This document shows positions 17,320-26,442 of a stretch of DNA of 57,122 nucleotides, in pieces. Location of the stretch: assembly GCA_017609465.1 (NCBI GenBank), contig JAFCDX010000005.1, positions 1 to 57,122 on the forward strand, given 5' to 3'. Position numbers and translations under genes: made by a program. A model generated the notes under the pieces. The model was not told where the DNA came from. It saw only the letters and a list, made by a program, of their open reading frames with translations, and did no database searches. Position 1 is the first letter of the stretch, and each line of letters begins with the position of its first letter. The DNA comes from Candidatus Woesearchaeota archaeon (GTDB taxonomy: Archaea > Nanobdellota > Nanobdellia > SCGC-AAA011-G17 > JAFCDX01).

Positions 17320-17981
17320 GTTTGTTTCACCTCCTTTATCAATTCACACCATTTACATTCTTTATTTGGACATTTATTATTTAATAATTTTATAGCTTCT
17401 TTAAATACTTTTTTACCATTCTCAGTATTTGTTTTCATCTTTATTAATTTTGTATCAAATATAACTTCTCCAGTTTCAGTAACTTCCTTTGGATAATAGA
17501 ATATTAGATAAGTATAATCCTCTGTTTCATAGCCATTCTTTCTTAAAAGGAAATTATAAATCTCCATTTGTAATTTATAATGCTCATGAGTATCATCTTT
17601 ACAGGGATAACCTCTTGTCTTATAATCAAGAACCACTAATTTCTTACCTTTTTTCAAGATATTATCAACTGCTCCGTGCAATATGTTTCCTTTTGAGTCT
17701 GTCCAAGAAATCCCTTTAAAATTGCTTCTCCATACCTTTAATAATTCTTTATCATCAAATAATCTATAATCTTTATCTAATCCATTCTCACATAATTCTG
17801 GTGGAAGTTCTCCTTTCTCCATGAATCTGTCAAAATGTTCTTTAAGGATTTTATCCATACCAGAAGGTAAACTTGGAAATATTGATGGGGGTCTCTTCCA
17901 GACTTTATGTTGTGTTAACCAGAAGCATCTAGGACAATCTATCATTAGATTAATTGAGCTTGGGGATAATTTAAATGTCAT
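17316..17981 (-). CDS. Cas4/RecB-like PD-(D/E)xK nuclease with a four-Cys cluster
   Basis: N-terminal 'CPRC', 'HGAVDNIL...LVVLDYKTR' (D...DxK), 'YKLQMEIY' (QxxxY) and C-terminal 'CPNKECKWC'. It is the first gene of the operon with the two methyltransferases. Confidence 0.75.
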   Translation of the reverse strand: MTFKLSPSSINLMIDCPRCFWLTQHKVWKRPPSIFPSLPSGMDKILKEHFDRFMEKGELPPELCENGLDKDYRLFDDKELLKVWRSNFKGISWTDSKGNILHGAVDNILKKGKKLVVLDYKTRGYPCKDDTHEHYKLQMEIYNFLLRKNGYETEDYTYLIFYYPKEVTETGEVIFDTKLIKMKTNTENGKKVFKEAIKLLNNKCPNKECKWCELIKEVKQT

Positions 17982-18057
17982 AGATTTTAGAATAATTGAA
18001 TTTATATAAATATTGTGGGCAAGAAAGATTTATATAATATCTCCCACTAAATATATT

Positions 18058-18426
18058 ATGGTTATTCAAAAAAATTCTGATATCATGCATAAAACCCTAA
18101 TTAGAAGTATGATTAGAAAACTTGAATCTGAAAATTATACTGTTCAAGCAGACCATATCGGATATAATAAAGAAGTAAAAGAAGAATGGGGTGGAGAAAA
18201 ACCAGATATATATGCTTATAAAGGAAATAATAGTAAAGTATTTATTGAAGCAATAACAAAAGATAATATAAATTCTAAAGACCTCAAAAAGAGATTGGAG
18301 ATATTATCTGGAAAATCAGAAATAGAATTTTGGATAATAACTACAAAAGATTTTTTAGATGAATTAAAAAATAAACTTAAAGAATGGAATATATTATATG
18401 ATAGATTATTCTTTTTTGAGGAATAA
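18058..18426 (+). CDS. hypothetical protein, possibly a restriction-endonuclease-like fold
   Basis: 'EKPDIYAYKGNNSKVFIEAITK' loosely fits D-x(n)-E-x-x-x-K. The start codon is uncertain because the track ORF starts at TTG 18013. Confidence 0.3.
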   Translation: MVIQKNSDIMHKTLIRSMIRKLESENYTVQADHIGYNKEVKEEWGGEKPDIYAYKGNNSKVFIEAITKDNINSKDLKKRLEILSGKSEIEFWIITTKDFLDELKNKLKEWNILYDRLFFFEE

Positions 18427-18509
18427 TTATCTATTCTTAATTAAATCATATAAAAAATATGCTAATATTCCTATTGCTATTATTATTAATATTGTAGTTA
18501 TTTTTTCCA

Positions 18510-18770
18510 TTATATCACCCCATAATCCTTAATTCCTTTTAATATTATATATAATATAGATATTGCTGAAGAGCCCAATCCCATCCCACCTAAAATACAA
18601 GGAGTTGAACAATCAGAATATATGGTATATTTAATAGAAACAGTGATAATAGTTGTAAAAACTAAAACTATTGCACCAGGTAACAATTTTTGACATAATG
18701 TTTTTTCTTCTTTTATTTTCTTTTGATTATTATAACTTTCTTTTACTTTTTCAGTTTTCTTTTTTATCAT
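18510..18770 (-). CDS. small membrane protein
   Basis: 86 aa with two hydrophobic segments. A further 27-aa TM mini-ORF follows, with a TAATG overlap at ~18509. Confidence 0.4.
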   Translation of the reverse strand: MIKKKTEKVKESYNNQKKIKEEKTLCQKLLPGAIVLVFTTIITVSIKYTIYSDCSTPCILGGMGLGSSAISILYIILKGIKDYGVI

Positions 18771-18981
18771 AATTTCAATCTCCTTTTCTTAAAAAGAATC
18801 CAAAAGACAATAAATAACCAATATAATAACAACAATACAAAAAATAGTAATAATTCTATCCTCTCATTAAAAAAATTAATCATTTTATTATCTATTTTTA
18901 ATCTCTTTTATTAATAATCTTTTCGGTTATCTTTAATCAATTTCCCACCTATTTTATATATTTTATAGTAATTATAATATT

Positions 18982-19518
18982 ATGCCAAGATGCCCAAATT
19001 GTAGTTATATGTTAGTTCTGCTAGAAAGAAGAAGAAAATACAAGTGTGCAAAGTGCGGGAATTTGTATCCCCAGAAAGATATTGAATTAAAGGATTTCAA
19101 AAAGTGGAATTTAAGGCAGAGAATATCAGACAAAGAAAATATCAAAAAAGAATCCAAACCCAAAGGGAAAAGACCTGTATTAACAGAAGAAGAAAGAATA
19201 GAGAGGGCAAAGGCATACATGAAAAAATATTATACTGAGAATAAAGAGAAATTTAGAGAAAGAGGATTGGAATATAGAAAGAAAAACAGAGCCAAAGAAA
19301 GAGAACGTGAAAGAATTTGGAGAGAAAATAATCAAGAGAGATACAATGCCAGAAAGAGGGAATATTACCGTAGAAATAAAGAGAGATTGAATAAAAAGTC
19401 TGTGGAACGAAGGAGAATGAATTTTGACAAATATAGTTGTTCTCATAAGCTGGGAAAACTAAAGAAGAAACAGAAACAGCTTGCAGTTAGGATGATAGAT
19501 AAATTTTTAAAAGTATGA
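18982..19518 (+). CDS. zinc-ribbon protein with a highly basic R/K/E/Y/N-rich repeat region
   Basis: 'CPNCSYML...YKCAKCGNLY' is followed by reiterated Y-x-x-x-N-K/Q-E-R/K-like units (YYTENKEKF, YRKKNRAKE, WRENNQERY, YYRRNKERL). Confidence 0.5.
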   Translation: MPRCPNCSYMLVLLERRRKYKCAKCGNLYPQKDIELKDFKKWNLRQRISDKENIKKESKPKGKRPVLTEEERIERAKAYMKKYYTENKEKFRERGLEYRKKNRAKERERERIWRENNQERYNARKREYYRRNKERLNKKSVERRRMNFDKYSCSHKLGKLKKKQKQLAVRMIDKFLKV

Positions 19519-19538
19519 AGTTTTAATTAAATTGGAAA

Positions 19539-19742
19539 ATGAAACAAATAGACAAACTTTTTAACAAAATAAAGAAAAGAGACCAAAAAGCTTTATTGCT
19601 TCTAGGATTAGCACTTATAGTTGTAGCCTTGTTTGGAAAATTGTTGTTAATAATGGGGATTTTAATATTAGTGTATGTTGCTTATAATATTTATACTAAA
19701 AATAATAAAAAGAAAGAAAAGAAAAAAGAAAGAAAAAAATGA
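19539..19742 (+). CDS. small membrane protein
   Basis: 67 aa with a central TM stretch and a poly-K/E tail. Confidence 0.4.
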   Translation: MKQIDKLFNKIKKRDQKALLLLGLALIVVALFGKLLLIMGILILVYVAYNIYTKNNKKKEKKKERKK

Positions 19743-19912
19743 ATATACCAACTGACAAATACTTTTATTTCAGGAATGCAGGAGCAGGGTTCGTCTTTGC
19801 TGGTGCTTTAGGACATATTTATTATGGATTTAACTATGGAAGCTTAGGTTTATATATTTTGGGTGGTTGTTTAATATTAAGCTGGTGGATTGGTAAGAAA
19901 TGGAAATCTTAA
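19739..19912 (+). CDS. small membrane protein (57 aa)
   Basis: 'MNIPTDKYFYFRNAGAGFVFAGALGHIYYGFNYGSLGLYILGGCLILSWWIGKKWKS'. It has an ATGA overlap with the previous ORF and is below the track cutoff. Confidence 0.35.
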   Translation: MNIPTDKYFYFRNAGAGFVFAGALGHIYYGFNYGSLGLYILGGCLILSWWIGKKWKS

Positions 19913-20375
19913 GAAAATTAGATAAATCTCAAAGAGGAACTGCAGGAGAATATTTAGTTGCTGGAGAATTAAATAAGAGAGGAATTATAGCTTCTTTAAC
20001 TTTAAAGAATACTAGGGGAACAGACATATTAGCTTCTAATTATGATGCTTCAAAATCAGTTAATATCCAAGTAAAATCTACAATTTGGGGGGAAAAGAAT
20101 ATCCTAATTGGACATTAAGTAATAAAGCTGATGATTTTTATAGTGATAATTTATTTTATGTTTTTGTATATCTAAAAGGAGTAAATCACAGACCTGATTT
20201 TTATATTGTACCTAGTAAGGTCGTTGCAGAACATACAAAAAATAAACATCAAGAATGGTTAAATAGATTAGGAAAAAAAGGACAAAAGCATAATGATTCT
20301 TCCATGAGAAAGTTTTATGATAAAGAAAAGAAATACTTAGAAAGATGGGATTTATTAGGGTTGTATGAAAAATGA
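19900..20375 (+). pseudogene. frameshifted PD-(D/E)xK-like nuclease-fold gene
   Basis: ORFs 19900..20118 ('GTAGEYLVAGELNKRGIIASLTLKNTRGTDILAS...VNIQVKST') and 20085..20375 join into one protein if one base is removed or added in the G6 run at 20087-20092. Confidence 0.5.
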
Positions 20376-20420
20376 AAGGTTACTTAATACCTAAAGACCA
20401 CTAAGCTTTTGGAGATTTAA

Positions 20421-20585
20421 ATGAGTATAAAAGATAAATGGATTTGTAAATGTGGATTTAAACATAGTATTAGTAATAAAAACATAAGAGATAAAAAATT
20501 TAGGAAATGTCCTTATTGTAATTCTTTTCCATCCAAAAAAGATATAGATAAGGCTACTAATGATAAAATCATTAGAAATATATAA
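20421..20585 (+). CDS. small zinc-ribbon protein (54 aa)
   Basis: 'MSIKDKWICKCGFKHSISNKNIRDKKFRKCPYCNSFPSKK...' with GGAG 6 nt upstream of the ATG. It replaces antisense track ORF 20391..20633. Confidence 0.35.
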   Translation: MSIKDKWICKCGFKHSISNKNIRDKKFRKCPYCNSFPSKKDIDKATNDKIIRNI

Positions 20586-21130
20586 ATTCTGTGTAAAAAC
20601 TCCACAATCCATATAAACAAGATAATGTCCCACTTATTGAATATTTATAGCTATTTTTCAAAATCTCTTACTTTTCTCAACTGAAAATTTAGCCATTACA
20701 GATGTTCTAAAGCCATTTTTTGCTTTTCGTGTCCCACTTACGTACATTCGGAACTACTTTTAATCAGTAGATCGGCAAGTAACATAATATTAAAATTAGA
20801 TTTATTATAAAAATAAGAAAACGTACATAGGGATTGTAAAATAGAGTCTTTTAGTAACTGCATGCTAAATACCTCGTTGCCTTGGTACGTACACACCAGT
20901 TCTATCAAACCTGTCTTTTGCAGGGGACTCAAGTGTCTCTTTTCGAGGTATCCTTCGAGCTTAGATGCTTTCAGCTCTTATGATTTGAAGCGTAGCTGCT
21001 CTGCCTACCTTGTCAGATAACAGATACACCAGTGGCTTCGAGCCATCGTTCCTCTCGTACTAAATGGTCCTTCCTCTCAGACACTCACACCTCCACCAGA
21101 TATTGAACAAACTGTTTCACAACGTTCTGA

Positions 21131-21784
21131 CTCTGGGAACAGGAGAGACTCACAGATTCAAAGAATCAAGTCTCCTCTGCTTTTCTGGATGAATAAAACC
21201 AATTTTCTTTTTGAATATGATTAAAGAATTTCTCTCACGAATTGTTAGTCTGTATTGGTCTTTTGATTCTGTAAAATTTAGCCCACATTTAATTCCTAAA
21301 TCTTCAAGGAAATTTTTTAAATTAATAACTAAATTATTACTCTTTGACCAAAATATTATTTGAGGATATTTTTTGTTATTTTTGGTGTCAAATGAAATTG
21401 AACCATCTCTTGAAAATAAACCTTTAATAAAATCCAATTTTTCATTGAATTTAATATTTGGAAGATCTATAGTTTCTGATTTCTTACCTCTTGGAATACA
21501 ATATATGTTTTTTAATTTGTTTTTTAGTTTCTTATTATAGATATATAAGACATATCTATTTTTTTCAAATCCACTTTTTGATTTCCATATCTTTGTTTTG
21601 TATTTTTTTGACATTATTGAAACTTTTTCAAGGAAATCCTTGTTGGATGTTATGAAACGTATTCCATGGTAATCTTTGTCGAGATGTCCATCACTTGCTA
21701 TTAATCCTGCAAATAATGCTAAATCTGTTTTATTCATCTTAGCAGAGAAGCCTTTCTTTTTAGTAAATCTTGCTCTCAAGTTCT
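21131..21784 (-). mobile_element. 23S rRNA intron carrying a homing endonuclease gene
   Basis: Removing 21131..21784 restores the conserved exon junction 'GAGCTGGGT|TCAGAACGTTGTGAAACAGTT'. The boundary can slide by a few nt. Confidence 0.8.
21150..21779 (-). CDS. LAGLIDADG homing endonuclease (double-motif)
   Basis: 209 aa with motifs '[14 protein letters not shown]' and '[12 protein letters not shown]'. It fills almost the whole intron. Confidence 0.9.
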   Translation of the reverse strand: MRARFTKKKGFSAKMNKTDLALFAGLIASDGHLDKDYHGIRFITSNKDFLEKVSIMSKKYKTKIWKSKSGFEKNRYVLYIYNKKLKNKLKNIYCIPRGKKSETIDLPNIKFNEKLDFIKGLFSRDGSISFDTKNNKKYPQIIFWSKSNNLVINLKNFLEDLGIKCGLNFTESKDQYRLTIRERNSLIIFKKKIGFIHPEKQRRLDSLNL

Positions 21785-23276
21785 ACCCAGCTCACGAGCC
21801 GTTTTGATGGGTGAACACCCCCACCCTTGGCTGCTTCTGCACAGCCAGGATACGGCGAGCCGACATCGTCGTAGCAAACCGCGCCGTCGATTTGAGCTCT
21901 TAGGCGCGACAACTCAGTTATCCCCGGAGTAGCTTTTCTGTCATCCCTAGCCCCCACCAATGAGGACATAGGGGTTCGCTAAACCCATGTTTCCATCCTG
22001 CATTCCTTATTGTTCGAAATACAGTCAGGCCAGCTTATGCTTTTGCACTCTACTCAGGATCTTTAGTACCTATAGGATTTTTCGTTAACATTTTCCTAAA
22101 AGGTTATTCTAAACCTGATGAGCTGACCTTTGGGCCCTGCTGATACCGTTTCAGCAGGGTGCCGCCCCAGCCAAACTGTCTACCTACTGATGTTCCCTCT
22201 TTCGAAGGTTAGCGATGCCGATTTTAAAGGGTGGTATCTCACTATTGTCTACACTCAAACTAGCGCCTGAGTTTTAACAACTCCCACCTATACTGCACAT
22301 CAAAACCAACACCACAACAATAGACTACAGTAAAGCTTCACGGGGTCTTTACTTCCCGCTGGAGGTCTCTGGCCTTTGCACCAGAATAGTGTGTTCAGGG
22401 GCTTCAAGCTAGGGACAGTAGGGATCTCGTTACGCCATTCATGCAAGTCGTCATTAAAACGACAAGGTATTACGCTACCTTAAGAGAATTACAGTTATTC
22501 CCGCCGTTTACCAGTCTTTACTTCCCTTGAATAGGAGATTCAGATACTGGCACTGGGCAGACTTCATCTCCTGTACAAACCTTTTCAGGCTAGCAGGAAA
22601 CTACGTTTTTGTTAAACAGTCGGACCCCTCTTGTTACTGAGCCCTAAATTCGCCCGAAGACAAATTTAGGGATCCTTTATCCCAAAGTTACAGGACTAAT
22701 TTGCCGAATTCCCTTAGCTCGATTAAACCCTCACACCTGAGGCTTCTCACCTAGGGTACCTGTGCTGGTTCTGGGTATGATCATTCAAGATTCATATTGT
22801 TTCCTTTTTCACGGGCTCATGGCATCAGCAAAACTACCTAAAAGATAGCTCATCTCAAATTTAATCAAGTTCTCATCATTACAATACTCCCTTGATTTAT
22901 TTTGATTAATATATCAGACAAGATATAATTGCCTAGCCTTAAGCGTCAGAAAACAATCTTTCGTTGCCGATTGTACTTGAATGGTAAAGGAATTTTAACC
23001 TTTTTCCCTTTCTCATCTTCCTATTTACGGAATAGATTAGGATCAACTTACTCTCAGCTGATTTGCATTGCTGAGAAACCCTTACCCTTTCGGTGTCAAA
23101 GATTCTAACTTTGTTCAGCTCTTACTACCACCAGGATTCTCATTTCTACCAGGTCCATATCTTTTTACAAAAATATTTCTTCCCCGATAGAACGCCTGCC
23201 TACCATTTCTTTAGAAATCTATGGTATCGGTAATCAACTTAGCCCCGTCCATTTTCAGGGCATACAATCTTGACAG

Positions 23277-23319
<43 letters not shown>

Positions 23320-24498
23320 TACCTCCCTGCTGTCTGTGAATGTACACACCTTTCACCCGTTAACACTTAGTTGATATTTTGGGACCTTAACCATAGGCTT
23401 GGGTTGTTCCCCTCTTGGGACACGAGCTTACCCCATGCCCCCGTTTCCTGAAATCTACGATGTTCAAGATTTTTGAGTTGGACAAAAAGCCGAGGGATTT
23501 CTCCCCCTAAACTTTAAATCCGTAGCTTTACACCTTAAACTATCTCATTCAAGACTGGACTACGGCCCATTTCGGCAGGAACCAGCTATCACCGGTCTCG
23601 ATTGGCATTTCACCCCTAAACCAAGATCAGAAGAACGCTTGCTCACAGAACCTCTTCAGGCCTCCATCTCCTTTTACAGAGATTTCACCTTGCCCTGGCT
23701 TAGTTCGACCGGTTTCGGGTCGTATCCAAATGACTTAAAGCATTTTCATACTTTTCCCCTCGTGAACTGCGGGATTTCGCTTTCGCTTTGATTTCTCTTT
23801 GTAAAGATTAATCTTGCCACTTAGATACACTCCCTGGTCCGTTATTCGAAACGTACGATGCAATTCCTAAAAACAGCATCATACTATGACCGTTAGGTTT
23901 CAGGCTCTTTTAACTCCCTGTTACGGGTTCTTTTCAACGTTCCATCACTGTACTATGCGCTATCGGACTTGAAATAATATTTAGAGTTAGAAGTTGATGT
24001 CTCCCATATTCTGACTTAATATCCAATAAGCCATACTCTAGATACCTCTACTCCTCTTAAATTTTTCTTACGGGACTATCACCCTCTTTGGTGCTTCTTT
24101 CCAGAAAACTTCAGATGGTTTAAGTAAGGATAAAAAGAGGTCTAAAACACCACATCTCCTATTCATTTCTGAAAGGATTCAGTTTGCCCTGTTCCGCTTT
24201 TTCTCGCTGATATTAACGGAATCTCATTGATTTCTTTTCCTGCAGGTACTAAGACGCTTCAATTCCCTGCGTGAGTCTTCCTTACGGAATTCAAAAGACT
24301 GAGGTCAGATTCAGGAATACTCGGTTCTAAGGCTGCTTGCACCTCGCCGAGTCTTATCGCAGCTTGCCACGCCCTTCATCACATTTCAAGCCAAGTCTTC
24401 CACCTAACGGCTTAAGAGCTTTACAATCCCTATGCACGATTAATATAAATATTAATCCTTGGACTTAAACTTTTGTTATAAATCCGCATTTAAAAAAA

Positions 24499-24598
24499 TG
24501 GACCTGTCGGGAAATTCACATTTCTTATTCTAAAAAATGTTTTGAACCCGAGACCCCCGCCTTGCAAGGGCGATGCTCTTCCGCTGAGCTACAGGCCC
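24499..24598 (-). tRNA. tRNA-Ala (UGC) in the 16S-23S spacer, with a ~28-nt intron in the T-loop
   Basis: GGGCCTG TA GCTC-AGCGGAA-GAGC A TCGCC-CTTGCAA-GGCGG GGGTC TCGGG TTCAAA[ACATTTTTTAGAATAAGAAATGTGAATT]T CCCGA CAGGTCC A. G3:U70 is present. The intron (about 24513-24540) contains the ACATTT/AAATGT helix. Confidence 0.8.
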
Positions 24599-25097
24599 AT
24601 TATAAGTATGGACATTTAAGCTTTGTGAGTTTAAAAAAAAGGAGGTGATCCATCCGCAGGTTCCCCTACGGGTACCTTGTGACGACTTAGCCCTCCTTGC
24701 TGAACCTAAATTCGTTTTAATCCGAAGATTAAACCTCATTCAGACCCTACTCGGATGGCTTGACGGGCGGTGTGTGCAAGGCTCAGGGACGTATTCACCG
24801 GACACTGATGATATCCGATTACTACGAATTCCATTGTCATGAGGATGAGTTGCAATCCTCAATCTAGACTAAGATAGGGTTTTGAGGATTAGCTTCCCTT
24901 TTCAGGGTTGCGACCCATTGTCCCTACCATTGTTGCGCGCGTGTAGCCCAGGAGATTCGGGGCATACTGACCTAACGTTGCCCACACCTTCCTCCTGCTT
25001 TCACAGGCAGTCCCATATATTGTGCTCATTCCTCAAAAGAGATGTTAGCAAATATAGGTATGGGTCTTGCTCGTTGCCAGACTTAACTGGACACCTT

Positions 25098-25131
25098 TAC
25101 CGAAACTTTTTATTTTTTTTCAAAAAGTTTA
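25098..25131 (-). other. ~34-nt AT-rich hairpin insertion in the 16S
   Basis: 'CCGTG[TAAACTTTTTGAAAAAAAATAAAAAGTTTCGGTA]AAGGTGTCC' stands where archaeal 16S normally reads CCGTGAGGTGTCC. It has an AAACTTTTT/AAAAAGTTT stem. Confidence 0.7.
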
Positions 25132-25401
25132 CACGGCACGAGCTGACGTCGGCCATGCACCACCTCTTGGCCTGTTAGGTAAAACCTTCAATCTGACCTT
25201 CATTCTGCCATCGCTCCTGGTGAGGTTTCCCGTGTGGAATCAAATTGAACCGCACGCCGCACTCGTTGTAGTGAGCCCCCGCCAATTCCTTTAAGTTTCA
25301 ACCTTGCGATCGTACTTCCCAGGTGGTGAGCTTATCGCCTTCACTTAGGCACTGCACATCCTCGAAGAATATGCAACACCCAGCTCACAGTGTTTACGGC
25401 T

Positions 25402-25432
<31 letters not shown>

Positions 25433-25900
25433 CCCCCAGCTTTCATCCCTCATCGTCGAACCCGTTCTAGACAAGTGCCTTCGCAGTTGGTAGTCCTCCA
25501 GGGATTATAACATTTTACCGCTCCCCCCAGAATACTCTTGTCTTCTCCCGGTTCCTAGTTTGATAGTATCTCTTGCTCGCTGTTATATTAAATACAACAA
25601 TTTCACAAAAGACTTAACAAACCGACTACGGATGCTTTAGACCCAATAAACACGAATGCCACTCGTGGCGCTGGTGTTACCGCGGCGGCTGGCACCAGTC
25701 TTACCCACCACTTATTCTTTATACTTTTTACATATAAAAAAAGCCCATACAAAGTATGAGCACTTGGAATCCCCTTATCACACTTTCGTGCATTGTAAAG
25801 GTTTCTCGCCTGCTGCACCCCTTAGGGCTAGGGCCAGTATCTCAGTGCCCTTCTCGGGGCTAGGACTCTCATCCCCCCTACTGATCTTCGGCTTGGTGAG

Positions 25901-26000
25901 CTTATAATTCAAAAACCAACCTTAATAAAGCGAATAAGATTATTAAGATTTGAATCTACAAACTAAAGTTGATATAAAAAAGATTTTGGTTGGTTTTGAT
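25901..26000 (-). other. ~100-nt AT-rich insertion in the 16S
   Basis: 'TGGGGTAAAG[ATCAAAACCAACC...GGTTGGTTTTTGAATTATAAG]CTCACCAAGCC'. A 10-bp closing stem AAAACCAACC/GGTTGGTTTT is present. Confidence 0.75.
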
Positions 26001-26419
26001 CTTTACCCCACCAACAACCTAATCAGCCGCCGACTCATCCTTAGGCATTACTTTTCAGGGAAAGCATGTTCCAATGTCTTTCCCTTATCCGGTTTTACCC
26101 TCAGTTTCCCAAGACTATCCCAGACCTAAGGTTAGATTATCGACGTGTTACTGAGCCTTTCGCCGGTGCTCCGAAGAGCCCCTTGACTTGCATGGCTTAG
26201 TAGTATTCCAATAGCAGCATTCTCCCGCAGGATCAACGGGAACTATTGCAAGGTTATTCATTTAATATGAACTCACAAATTTGCTCATGTCCATACTCAC
26301 ACTTAAATATTATATTTAAGCGCTCATTAGATATATCTCAATAGACGAGATAAGTATGATATAATATTAGAAGATACTAATTTATCTTCTGCACACACCT
26401 TATAGTAGAAAATAGCTTA

Positions 26420-26427
26420 TTTATAAA
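26420..26427 (-). promoter_or_regulatory. TATA box of the rRNA operon promoter
   Basis: The recurrent 'gcttatttataaatct' promoter consensus lies ~120-180 nt upstream of the 16S 5' processing stem and 5' end. Confidence 0.55.
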
Positions 26428-26442
26428 TCTATCGTTAAAAAA

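Noticed and set aside
20391-20633. 80-aa track ORF on the minus strand.
   Set aside because: The translation is hydrophobic and low-complexity. The opposite strand carries a 54-aa zinc-ribbon ORF with a GGAG ribosome-binding site, which I consider more plausible, though still uncertain.
20586-20840. Search for a 5S rRNA or another structured RNA in the trailer downstream of the 23S. The region contains a repeated 'tgtcccactta' at 20628 and 20731.
   Set aside because: No segment has the length, GC content or helices of a 5S rRNA. The 11-nt repeat is too short to interpret.
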